This document shows, in pieces, positions 41,306-53,628 of a stretch of DNA of 64,000 nt. The notes beneath the pieces were generated by a model. It was not told where the DNA came from and did no database searches. It saw only the letters and a program-made list of their open reading frames with translations. How positions within the stretch are numbered: the first letter of the stretch is position 1; each line of letters opens with the position of its first letter. The stretch comes from Octopus bimaculoides (Eukaryota). The DNA lies in NCBI RefSeq assembly GCF_001194135.2, contig NC_068986.1:69768966-69832965 (forward strand), written 5' to 3'. Made by a program: the position numbers and the translations under genes.

Positions 41306-41826
41306 CAGCACGGGACCGAATATCCGGCAAACTTTCAACCGGAAGTGGCCCGGATTTCTGGATTTTTCGGTTTTCTGGAGCCAGTCTAAATATATACTTA
41401 AAGTGAACTATGAAAATTAAAGAAATAAATTGTATTTAACAGATTCAAATTAATACACCTATTAAGCAGGGTTTGTTTGATATATCTTAATCCACTTAAT
41501 ATATCATACCGCGCACGTATGCAGTTTAGTGTTTATAGAATGAAATTTAAAAAAGGAAAGAAAAAATGTGATTTTATTTAACAGATACAGGTACAAACTA
41601 ATATACTTCTATGGCGAAGTACCATATATTTAATCTTTATAATATAGACCACTTAAAAAAGAACAGGGCAAGAATACTTTCAACACACAGTATCCAAATT
41701 GACCAACTTCAAAAACAGGGTCTGTTTACTCAATACCTCGTACAGTATATTACATGATATTGCACAATGCTTTTGTTTTTCAGGAAATTCTTGATTTCTG
41801 AAAGCCGGATAACAGATCCAGTACTA
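41306..41826. mobile_element. Tc1/mariner (Tigger/pogo-like) MITE
   Basis: TA-CAGCACGGGACCGAATATCCGGC versus the reverse complement of GCCGGATAACAGATCCAGTACTA-TA matches at 16/23, with TA on both flanks. Confidence 0.6.
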
Positions 41827-41961
41827 TACTAGGCAACAAAAAAAAACAATTCTATTAGAGGGATTTTGATTGGGGAACGTGTTCATGTTTGTGTATGTGT
41901 GTATGTGTGTGAGAAAGATAGAGAGGTAGAGGGAGAAGGAGAGAGATTGAGAGAGAAAGAG

Positions 41962-42060
<99 letters not shown>

Positions 42061-42539
42061 TTCTGCTAGTAGTGAAATGATCATTTAATAAGTTAAGATT
42101 GTCCCGACAGATTCAGGTTTCGCTGGAAATTTCACCAACATACAGAAATGAAAAATAATGTTAGCGTGCTGGTCGATGTCGATGGTGACAGCTGTTAGAT
42201 GAAGGAGTGGAATTTTGAAAAAAATCTAACGGCAGATAGACACAGTCAAAAACTGAATAAAACCTACTATGTCATCAGTGGCATAAAAGTCAACAATAAT
42301 AACTACAACAAATAACCAAATGTGAGGGGTGCACTGGATTACAACATTGATGCTAACGCTTCAATTCCTCCAACACTTTCATAACTAACGTGATCAACAA
42401 TAATAATAATACTAATATTGCTCAACCTACTAACCAAATCATCTACTGTCGCAGCTACCACAGCCATGATGATATAGCAATCACTACAACATGTATTAGA
42501 GTTGCAGTTACTAACAATGTAATGAGCCAACAATGGAGC

Positions 42540-42725
42540 CTTTTTCTAGTCATTCGACCTGTTAGAAACATTAGCTAAATTTCCTTCAGAACCACACCCA
42601 GCGTTCTTAAAGTAAGAAAAGAATGTAATTCACTGCCTGAAAGAAGGTGTTATAGTTACGGATGAAGTGTTTGTTGATGATTGGTCGACTCGATCGAAGC
42701 TGACCTGGAGCTAATCAACAACAGC
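42540..42725 (+). repeat. Dispersed repeat family E (related blocks at 53100-53245 + and 51675-51770 -)
   Basis: Shared end GCTGACCTGG(A/G)GCTAA..(C)AACAAC and upstream TAGAAAC..AGCTAA block. Confidence 0.4.
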
Positions 42726-43299
42726 GAAAACAACGCTGCGTAATCAGAAACAGCAAAATCTAATCCTAATCTAAATGCAGCTGATTACACGAGGGAATAA
42801 TATTAATAAAAAAAAACGAAAGTAAAGCTCTACTACCATTGATCAGAACAGCGTTACGTAGCCATTATCCACTCCATTATATATCAACAACAACTGCCAC
42901 TACAAGTTACTGAAACTGCAAAAACACTTACAAAACTAATGTAGCAAGCGAACAAATGCAACAATACTTCAATAAGTCCGGCAAAAATATCTACCTTCCT
43001 TCAACATTATCATTCACGATCTACTATAATATTAATAACAAAAATAAGTTCAGAAAAACCGAGTATCAAGATTTGTATGAAGATATTAGAGTTTAAAGGT
43101 AATTTTAAGAAATACTCAAGGTAATCCAAGATAGAAAGAAAAAAAGAGGTCACGATGGAGGAATAGTAGCAACATTCAAGGAAAGAGAGCAGAGAGATGT
43201 TTTAGAGTAAAAAATTATAATATAAAGGAATAGCAGATTGTTTCTTTATTTATAACAATTTCTGCTTTCAAATATTTTTATTTTCACCTCTTTCCAACT

Positions 43300-44247
43300 A
43301 CAAATTACTTCCCAAACCCACTTATGTTTCATTTCTCTCTTTCTCTCTCACTCACGTTTACCTTTTCTCTCCCATTTTTTGTTATAGTCAATCACAACAC
43401 TTTTTCGTTTCTTTTAATCGTTTGCAGTTAAACACTTCTAGCATTCCTCCCTCAATTGCTGTTAATACTTCTCTCTTTCTATCCCCCTTCATTTGCAGTG
43501 AACTCTTTCTCTCTTTCCTCTTACAATTTCTCTGTCATTCGCTAAAGATTAAACGTTGTTTTCTTCCTACTTTGATTCATTTACTTACACTCATTTTTTT
43601 GCTCTTCTTTCTTTCTTTTATTTGTAATTAAGTCATTTTTTTTCTTCTTCATGGTCTCCCTATTTTCCTCAAACCTATCTTCGCCAAGCCTACCTGCACC
43701 TACCTTCACTTATATCCCGTCGTACATCTTCATTCTGATGCAACTTAACCATCCTCTACTTCCCGCTCTAGCATTTTATTCTTACAGAATACCTTCCAAT
43801 CCTTTCATCTCTCGTCATTTTTCACTTATCTACCCCCACCATTTCTTGTACCATTAGAATTCAGTCTACCTTCACAAACTATTATTTTTCATCTTCTACT
43901 CGTCCCCATCTCTTTCTTAATCTCATATATTCCCCACCTCTCTCTCTCTCTCATGTTCCTTTCTCTCTACATCCATTATTACCAAAATTCTATTTCGCTT
44001 TAATCCATTCCATTCTCATCTGACTCTTACGCTTCTCTTCTCTTCTCCCCTCTTCCTTTTCCCCTGCTTCCCTATATATTTATATTAGCTCTCTTCACTC
44101 ATTCCTCTCCACCCTCTTTTATTTCATTCTCTGCATTCCTTATCCTGCTATCTCAGTATAAATGTGTTCTCTTCCCTCTCTTCTTCCTCTCTCACATCCT
44201 CAATCCTCTATCCCTCGTTTTAAATGAGGTATAAACTCCTTGTTTAA

Positions 44248-44298
<51 letters not shown>

Positions 44299-44400
44299 GC
44301 CTTTCTATCTCCCTCCCTCTCCCTCTCTCTCTCAGTTTCTTCTTCCCCCTGATACAGTTTTGTCTTTCTGATCACGTTCACTCAATTCTTTTCACATTTA
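43300..44400 (+). repeat. About 1.1-kb polypyrimidine-rich low-complexity tract with (CT)n
   Basis: Strong C/T strand asymmetry. Confidence 0.8.
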
Positions 44401-46044
44401 ACTCTATTTTAAGACAGTCTGTCACTCTCAAATGCATCCTTTTCTAAAGTATCTTCCCACTAACGATCCCTACACACAGCATACGCTGTAACACTTTCAA
44501 TATTCTTCACAACCAATGCATTAGTGTAACATCAGCAAATAATACTTGCAATCTTGCACAATTTCTAAATGAGAGAATATAGACTTCGGATCCTTCTCAC
44601 CATCCCATTTTACCATACTTGCTACTATCTTCTAATATTGTTCTCACTTTACTTTACACATACACACACACACGCACGCACACACACATACACACATACA
44701 CACACACACACACACACGCACACACGCATACGCACGCACACTCACACACACAGAAATATAGACACACATATATACATACATAGGAGAATGCATATAAGCA
44801 TCCATATGTGTGTGTGTGTGTGTGTGTGTGTTTGTGTGTGTGTGTGCATGTATATGCATGTTCATGAATATGTGTATGTGTGTGCACGCATGTTGAGTAT
44901 GTGCATGAATATATTCGTACGCACATGAACGCATTGTGACATCTCCAATAATGTAATATAACTTCAAGAAGGTACTTAAGTTTTCGTGGCAGATAAATTT
45001 GCAGCTTTGCAAACTTCATTGATTTTAGAATACGTTTCAAAAGTACATCTAAGGAATGTCTGGATTCTTGTCTTTGAAGAACCTGTGCTATTTCATGTAA
45101 TAATTTTTTGTTCATTTCATACGTTTCTGTAATATGATACTGTATATAGCACTGAAATTGCGTATGAAGCTTATAATTTCAAACAGATCTTTCAAAATAT
45201 TAAGTATTTCACTTTTGAGGACATGCATCTAAATTTATAAATAACTCTCTTAAGGTGTCAAATAATTGATTAGACATATAAATCAATAAGGGGCATTTGA
45301 CCTATGTATGATTCAATAGAGCTAAGTAAGTTTGTTAGAAGGGATTTCTTCACATGAAGCAAATATCTAGAGGAGAACAATATTTTGTGGTGAAGTGCTT
45401 GAAAGTACTTCAATAAAGTTGGCTGATATAAATTTAAATTGTTAAAAGTTTGTTAGACAGCAGCTGTTTAATTTCATTGGTTTCAATAGAAAATAACATC
45501 ATAAAACTAACAATAATAACCTGAAAGAGATGGAGAATTACAGAAACTGATAATGTTTTATAATAAATATCGGTCAAAGGTTTACATATCTCGTCACTGG
45601 CGCTATTTGGTGTACCGAGCAAACACATTTTGCAATAAAACAGACTGCTTTGCTGCAAATATATGTAGTTGGAGAGCTACAGTTCAAGAGTCTAAAATGA
45701 TAAATCACTACCTATATGGAAAATGTTTAGTCGTATTGTACTAAAATATGACCCTTCGACTAACTGGTGTTCCAATACAGAAAATGAGATATCTCTTAAC
45801 CAAGCAAGTGATTAAGTAATTTGTTAAATTCTAGGACACACTAGAAGCTAGAAAAAGCAATGTAATACAATGGATGATCACTCTGAAGTTAGTTTCGATA
45901 AATTTTGATCGTTTCAATATACTAAAGGTTACCTTGAAACTACAATGCATATTACCCCATCTCTTACGATAGACAATGTGCGTAGGTTTACTCAAAACAA
46001 GGCATACATTGATTAAATAATATTTCCTTTTGATAGTTATTATA

Positions 46045-46253
46045 ATTGTTTCTAATGTAGGCGCGAGGCCTGGAATTTGGGGCCTAGGTTAGTCGATTGC
46101 ATCAACCATCGGTGCTCAATTGATACTTATTTTATCAACCCCGAAAAGCTGAAAGGCAATGTCGACTTAGGCGGAATTAGAACTCGGAACGTAAAGAACC
46201 GGAAGAAATGTCACTAAGCACTTTTTTCGGCATGCTAGCGATTCTTCCAGCTA
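46045..46253 (-). mobile_element. SINE family B (older, recipient of nested insertion)
   Basis: Reverse-complement match. Its head is interrupted by the next copy. Confidence 0.83.
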
Positions 46254-46258
46254 ATGAT

Positions 46259-46474
46259 CCTTTCTACAATAGGCACAAGACTTCAAATTGAGGATAGGGA
46301 TGGAGTAAATTTCATCGATCCCAGTGCGTAATTGGCATTTACTTCATCGACCCCGGAAGGATGAAAGGCAAAGTCGACCTCAGCGGAATTTGAAGGAACT
46401 CAGAATGTAGGGATGGACAAAATGCCCTTAAGCATTTTGTCCGGCGTGCTAACGATTCTGCCAGCTCGCCGCTT
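46259..46474 (-). mobile_element. SINE family B (younger, flanked by a 17-bp direct repeat)
   Basis: Near-consensus copy. TTCTTC(C/T)AGCTAATGAT occurs at 46242-46258 and 46475-46491. Confidence 0.88.
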
Positions 46475-47099
46475 TTCTTCTAGCTAATGATAGATAATGT
46501 CTTAAATAATATGAAAAAACAAAATACATCCAGGCTCTGCCTCAGTATGCTGACACTTCGAAATCTGAAGAAAGATTAAGATATTACGTATTGATAATTC
46601 ACAGAGAATTATCAATACTTACGTTTAAATTTAAATATTTTGAAATCATTTAATTCATGTTAATGGATCGTTTATAATGTTAGCTACAATTTCCAAATGG
46701 TAATCTTTATTACAGTTTTAAATTACTGACACAACGCATTTAGACGTTTTTCATATGGTATAAATAGTTAATACCTATTTAGTATTCAGACTTGGACATT
46801 TTTATTTGATATAAATAATTAATGTGTATTTGCTATTCAGATTTTCCAGAACAGCTGGCTTTCAATCTTTCCAAAACTTACTAAATTGTAGCACTAGTTG
46901 CCAGGCGTTTTCTATACAGTACTGAGTTCAGAGAAGTGTATTCGTTTACTGATACAAGTTTTCAAGACTGTATACTTTCAGCTTAGGTTTAGGTATTTGA
47001 TTCACATACATTATGTTGCATACTTAGAAAAATAACCAAATAAGACTAAATATAAAACAGAAAATAATAATAAATTTTCTATAGTCTCGAAAGGAGACA

Positions 47100-47763
47100 T
47101 CGACTGTATTTCAATACTTTGCTGTCAGGGAGTACTGGCATCGGCCACGTTCGAATGGCGCTTTTTACATGCCACCGGCACGGAAGCCAGTCAGGTGGAC
47201 CTGGCATCGACCACGTTCGGATGATGCATTTTACGTGCCACCGGAACGGCAGCCAGTCAGGCAACACTGGTCACAGCTACGATGTTGGTTTTCCTTGATT
47301 CAACAGGTCTTATATAAAGCATATCATATCGCCCGACGCATCAAGGGTACTCTTAAATGGACCGGACATGCAACACTAGCATCGGCCATGGCTGCGATCT
47401 CACTTTAGTTGCCGAGTTTTCTCAATCACAGCATATCTCCAAAGGTCTCGGACTCCTGTCATTGCCTCTGTAAGGCCCAATGTTCAAAGGTCATGCTTCA
47501 CTACCTCATCCCATGTCTTCCACAGGTTCATTCTACAGTTAGGGTGTGGCACTTTCTCACACAGCTGTCCTCATCCATACACAACACATGACCATACCAG
47601 GGCAGTCCACATTTGAAGCTTCTTATGTCTAACATTTCTCTCAGGGCGCTCACATTTTGTCGTGTAGGCACATTGACATTAGACATCCAGCGGATCATAC
47701 AACCTTCATTTCTTTCAAGCCTACGCATGACTTCAGCAGTCATGGCCCATGTTTCAATGCCGT

Positions 47764-47764
<1 letters not shown>
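47100..47764 (-). mobile_element. RTE-clade LINE 3' fragment (C-terminal ORF region plus 3'UTR)
   Basis: The minus frame reads YGIETWAMTAEVMRRLERNEGCMIRWM...LPWYGHVLCMDEDSCVRKC, the typical post-RT region of RTE elements. The ORF end near 47409 is decayed, and the GC-rich UTR carries a 66-bp tandem duplication. Confidence 0.8.
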
Positions 47765-47830
<66 letters not shown>

Positions 47831-47854
47831 CATATATAGATATATATGTATATC

Positions 47855-48035
47855 TTTTATCTTTCACTTGTTTCAGTCATTATACTGGGCTATGCTGAAT
47901 CTACCCCAGTACTTAATATTTTACTAAGCCTGGTATTTATTCTCTCGGTCTCTTTTCCGAACAACTAGGTTACGGGAACGTAAACGCACTAACACCGGTT
48001 GTCAAACGATAGTGGGTGACAAGCACAGACAAAAA
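47855..48035 (-). mobile_element. SINE family A 3' half
   Basis: CTTGTTTCAGTCAT...GGTTACGGGAACGTAAAC..CCGGTTGTCAA. Confidence 0.8.
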
Positions 48036-48100
48036 GACGCACACACGCACATCCACGCATTCACAAACACACACACACACGCACACATACACACATATAT

Positions 48101-48196
48101 TTAGCAGAATGACTCAAGGTCCGAAAGTTTCGTGTGTTGGCACTTATCAAGTAATGCCAACGCACGAAGCTGTCGGACCTTGAGTCACTCTATTAG
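48101..48196 (+). ncRNA. Pre-miRNA-like hairpin (or miniature fold-back element)
   Basis: 37-bp stem 48106-48142/48155-48191 with 2 U:G wobbles and 2 mismatches, a 12-nt loop and a short basal extension. Confidence 0.4.
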
Positions 48197-48280
48197 TTTT
48201 GCTAAAAATTAATAAAAATATACATATACTCATATTCTGAGTTTTACTTTTGCTTTTTGCATCACTATACCTATATCTAC

Positions 48281-48342
<62 letters not shown>

Positions 48343-48401
48343 GTATGTATGTATGCATGTATGTATGTATGTATGTATGTATGTGGTGTGTGGGGGGGGG
48401 G

Positions 48402-48533
48402 TAGACACAGGCGTAGTTGTGTGGTAAGAAGTTTGCTTCCCAACTACATTAATCTAAGTTCAGTCCCACTGAGTGACACCTTGCTCAAATGTCTTCTGCT
48501 ATAGCCTCGGGCTGCCCAAAGCCTTGTGAGAGG
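48402..48533 (+). mobile_element. SINE family A 5' half
   Basis: GTTGTGTGGTAAGAAG...AGTTCAGTCCCACTG...CTATAGCCTCGGG...AAAGCCTTGTGAG. Confidence 0.82.
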
Positions 48534-49220
48534 AATAAAAGAAAAGCTATATAGATGCATAGATACATAAACGTAAAACTACAAACAATTGGACTGTGAC
48601 TAGACAAGTTCATATTCCTCCTTAGAGTAAAGTTTCCATTCATCTAATATATTCATATTACTTCTAAAGGTAAGCACTTTACTTTCCTCCAAAAATATAT
48701 CAAAATACAATATTATGTTAGACGATTGACGACGATTTGAAATATTTACATGTTTACATAAACATTGGCATGTTTTCATGGAAATATTTATGTGTGATTG
48801 TATTTCTGGATAATCATATACTATTAGAACACCAACAATTTCTTGGCATTGTTATTCTCGGTACATCGAAAACATATGAATATTTTTTCATTGTCTAGAG
48901 AACTATGCCAATACATGCATAAATACATACATGCATGCATATATACATACATACTCACAGTTCACAAATATCTGCACAAATAAAATCACAAACTACTTGC
49001 ATTTAAGGAAACGTGCATATATAAATTATGAGACAATATTAACAGACATATGTATATACATATTGCGCGCGCGCACGCACACACACGCACACATGTATGT
49101 ATGTATGTATGTATGTATTTGTATTTGAGCACACAAACAAGCAAACAAACACAGGAACACTTACGTCCATACTCATTCAATCAATTTATTGATTTCATTT
49201 GAAAGACAGAATGCGAAATG

Positions 49221-49275
<55 letters not shown>

Positions 49276-50373
49276 CAACAACAACAACAACAATAATAGA
49301 ATGTTATATATGTAAAAGGTAGAATAGCGGTGAAATAAATAGGCATATTTCGCTGTTTTTAAGGAAAACATTACTCAAAATTGATTATCAATTTTGGCAA
49401 AGCTAAACACAATAAAGAAAGGCAATCAATGACATGCCAGAAGGTCACAGAAACAAAGAAGCAAGAAAAGATTGCAGCATAATTCTCTGAACCAGCGAGT
49501 AGCTATTAACTATATCAATAATTTCTACAAAAAGTTTCGAAACAATGTCTCGTGGTTCCCTTTATATCGAGTTATAATCAGGAAGTTGTGTTGAATAACA
49601 GTTAGTGAAGACGTGTTATAACTTACATTCTTTATACCTAATAGTTATATCTGTAATCCTTAAAGGGTCATTTCTATTTCATTTTATGATTTGCATGTCT
49701 CGTTGTTGAAAACTTCACATGGTAATCTGATGAGATGTGTGATTCTGTGATTCTCACCCGTCATATATTACTAGCCAACTGCATACATTCTGCTCCAATA
49801 GAGCGACAAAAGGAAATCAGCGCAAATTATTCTTCCAAAAATCCGACTTCTTTATCTCTTTTCCTCTTCGTTTCCTCTTTATCATCTTCATCATTATCAT
49901 CGTCAACAGCATCCCTAATTTTTACTCTTGCCCTATTTTATTTAACTCTTTCTGCAATTCTAAGCAGAGCCCAAGAGAAAAATTGCTTATTCCACTGTAA
50001 AATCGCCTATTTCACTATTCTTCCACGTGTTCTAAGCATCGCATGCTTTACACTAACACTTGCTATCAATGTCATCTAACTTAATCCGTTTGATATGTGG
50101 TAGTTTTCCTTTAATTTTATTGTGCCATTTTCATTAGATGTCTATTGGCGAAATTGTAGGATATAAATCTACTTATTTCTATCTGATCAAAAGAAAATTA
50201 AAATTGTTTTTACTAGGCAGAAATACAATTTCTGATAACAAGCCATATTTTCTCTATTGATTGATATTCTACAATTACATGACCTTACCAAACATATGAA
50301 ACCAGTTATGACATTCAGAAAAGTGGAATGATGAAATTACTTTTATGCGTCTATCTATTCATTTATATTTCTT

Positions 50374-50414
<41 letters not shown>

Positions 50415-50416
50415 AA

Positions 50417-50680
50417 GGTGCATGACTCAGTGGTTAGAGCGTCGGGGTCACAATCATGAGGTAGTGAGTTCGATTCCTGGACTGGGATGTGCGTTGTGTT
50501 CTTAAGCTGTAGAAAATGAGTTGCGACATTACTGGTGCCAAGCTGTATTGGCTTTTGCCGTTCCGTTGGATAACATCGGTGGCGTGGTATGCATGGGCGA
50601 CTGGTATTCTTCCATAAACAAACTTGCCTGAACTTGTTCCTCGGTGGGTATCTTTCTAGGAGCAATCCCATGGTCATTCA
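50417..50680 (+). mobile_element. tRNA-derived SINE family C
   Basis: A-box TGACTCAGTGGTTAG and B-box AGTTCGATTCC, then TTGTGTTCTT and a GC-richer unique body. Confidence 0.8.
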
Positions 50681-51229
50681 TATATATATATATATATANN
50701 NNNNNNNNNNNNNNNNNNNNNNNNNNNNNNNNNNNNNNNNNNNNNNNNNNNNNNNNNNNNNNNNNNNNNNNNNNNNNNNNNNNNNNNNNNNNNNNNNNNN
50801 NNNNNNNNNNNNNNNNNNNNNNNNNNNNNNNNNNNNNNNNNNNNNNNNNNNNNNNNNNNNNNNNNNNNNNNNNNNNNNNNNNNNNNNNNNNNNNNNNNNN
50901 NNNNNNNNNNNNNNNNNNNNNNNNNNNNNNNNNNNNNNNNNNNNNNNNNNNNNNNNNNNNNNNNNNNNNNNNNNNNNNNNNNNNNNNNNNNNNNNNNNNN
51001 NNNNNNNNNNNNNNNNNNNNNNNNNNNNNNNNNNNNNNNNNNNNNNNNNNNNNNNNNNNNNNNNNNNNNNNNNNNNNNNNNNNNNNNNNNNNNNNNNNNN
51101 NNNNNNNNNNNNNNNNNNNNNNNNNNNNNNNNNNNNNNNNNNNNNNNNNNNNNNNNNNNNNNNNNNNNNNNNNNNNNNNNNNNNNNNNNNNNNNNNNNNN
51201 NNNNNNNNNNNNNNNNNNNNNNNNNNNNN

Positions 51230-51302
<73 letters not shown>

Positions 51303-51328
51303 GTCTGTCTGTCTGTCTGTCTGTCTGC

Positions 51329-51390
<62 letters not shown>

Positions 51391-51420
51391 TTATGCATAT
51401 ATATATATTTGGACTTAGTA

Positions 51421-51495
51421 TTACGGCAACATATATTTTTATCCTTTACGGCAACATATATTTTTATCCTTTACGACAATAGATATTTTTATCCT
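51421..51495 (+). repeat. 25-bp tandem repeat x3
   Basis: TTACGGCAACATATATTTTTATCCT twice exactly, and a third copy with 3 substitutions. Confidence 0.95.
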
Positions 51496-52556
51496 TTTCC
51501 CGAAGCTACTGATTTATTTTCGAAAGTCATACATGTGTATATGTATACGTTGGATCAAAGAAAGCGAGTAGAAGCTAAAAACAGCACATATAATATATTA
51601 GTACAAATACGGATTGATGAATACATACAAAGTGATGATAAATAGAAAAGAAAAAATGGTGCATCTCAGGAAAAGCAGTTGTTGTGTAGTCCCAATCAGC
51701 TCTGATTGAGCTTATCTACCTTACAAATGCAGTCGTTTGAACAACAAGATGCGTTCCATTATATTATACTACGTCATGCTGAGGAGTATAATACGCACAG
51801 TGATATGCAGAGATTTATGTCTAAATTTTGCTTAAACTTATCCTGATTTTCAACAAATCTAAGCAGACGAAGTGAAAACAATAGACTAAATGGTTGAATG
51901 TCACAGTAATAAAAGCCAACAATACACGGTACAAGGAAATCAGCGAGCATCTATTAACTATTATTTCTACAAAAATTCCCAAATTTCTTGTCCTCGTTTC
52001 TGGAGTTAACGCTTGGTAACTATCGTATGGAAGAATCAAGACAATCGGTTATTGATTAATTTTCTGTACTAGAAACGATACTTATTACTGATATAAAAAG
52101 AAATTGTCGGAGATTGCGATATTATTCTGATGAGATGTGCATATCTGTAGTTTTCATATATTTGTTTCCTATTTGAGCACAAGATCACCAATTAAAGGGG
52201 ATCGCTATAGTCTATTCAATCGATCATTAGTAATTTGATAATGTTTTTTAGCAGCCTCAGAAACTTTGTTTTTAACAAAGTTCACTTTCCCGAGAAAGTA
52301 AATCATAATGTAAATTTACATAACTCAATTATTCATGGCATTTTTTCCGACGCTATAGCGATTCAATCATTTAAAATTAACTGCATAGAGTCATCAAAAT
52401 TAGTGAGACAAATGAAATCAGAACAGACTTTCAATTCCATTAAAGTATCTGCAATAAAAATATAAGTTTAGATTCATTTTCTAGATTGTTTTTTTATCGT
52501 CGTTTTACATTGTGGAAAAGCTGTATGAGCTGAACCAATGCAGGAAAGCTCTACGT

Positions 52557-53095
52557 CAGCAGTTCTCAAAACGGTACACAAGAGAAATTTCGGAGGTTTG
52601 AAAGATTTGTAAAAATACTGGAACTGTGAAGAAATCACAACGAACAGAATGTAACGCGTGTATCTAAAAAATAAGCTGGATGCTTTTGTTGAACCCATCC
52701 ACTTCTTATGAACAGGTATTCGTCGATGCTTACAACCGAAAACAAATCCTGTCAACTGAGAATATTATGCACGTGCGCTTCTCTGGAACCACACTTGTTA
52801 GAAGGAGCCAAGCAAATCCAGCTCATTCAAATATTTAACATTAAATTAAATTAAATTGATTTCTTGTATGATTTCTGGATGAGGAAACAAGCAATAAATC
52901 GATTTCAGTACTTGACTAGAAATTGATTTTATCAAGTACCAGGATGAAAGACAAAGCTGATTACCATGGCATTTGAACTCTTTGGCCTGTTCTAGTATAT
53001 CCAGCTATTTTACACTATGTTCTTTGCACAGGGTACACTAATACGGCTTGACAAAATGAAGTGGTACGCCGGAATAAAAAGTTTGAGAACTGCAT
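52557..53095. mobile_element. hAT (Charlie-like) MITE remnant with nested SINE-B fragment (52897-52981)
   Basis: CAGCAGTTCTCAAA ... TTTGAGAACTGCAT inverted ends (12/14), with subterminal GGTAC motifs at both ends. The TSD is not clearly preserved. Confidence 0.5.
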
Positions 53096-53304
53096 CATAT
53101 AGTGTTTTCACCAACTAATAGAAACTGCAACTAACTCACCCTAAATCGGGAAATGTACTTTAGATAATGTAGACATATATTTTAGAATGCCTTTGATCCT
53201 ATATTTATTCCATCAGGTCTAACCTGGGGCTAAGCAGTAGCAAATGTAGGAGAGTTATCAATACATACAAAAGTAGTATATACATGCAGGTAGTCACTAT
53301 AGCT

Positions 53305-53628
53305 AACTGGCAGACTGTCAGTTACGACGACGAATGTTGTAGTTGATCCGATCAACGGAACAGCCTGCTTGTGAAATTAACGTCGAATTGGCTGAGCATT
53401 CCACGGATATGCGTATCCTTAACGTAGTTCTCAGGGAAATTCAGCGTGACACAAAGTACAAGGCTGGCCCTTTGATATATATATACTACTCACTTTTGCC
53501 TAGTGAGTGGACTGGAACAACACGAAGTAAAATGTCTTGCTCAAGGACATAACGCACTACTGGGTATCGGACTCACTATCTTACGATTGTGAGCCGAATA
53601 CCTTAACCGCTAATTCATGCGCTTTCAC
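53305..53628 (-). mobile_element. tRNA-derived CORE-like SINE family D
   Basis: The minus strand reads GCGCATGAATTAGCGGTTAAGG...GAGTCCGATACCC...GTCCTTGAGCAAGACATTTTAC. The tail GAGAACTACGTTAAGGATAC is shared with 63310-63440. Confidence 0.8.

Noticed and set aside
44930-45115. Protein-like frame LHEIAQVLQRQESRHSLDVLLKRILKSMKF
   Set aside because: The opposite strand is equally open and AG/GT-bounded, and there is no homology cue.
49727-52139. CTGATGAG as hammerhead cores
   Set aside because: No stem II-GAAA follows either copy.
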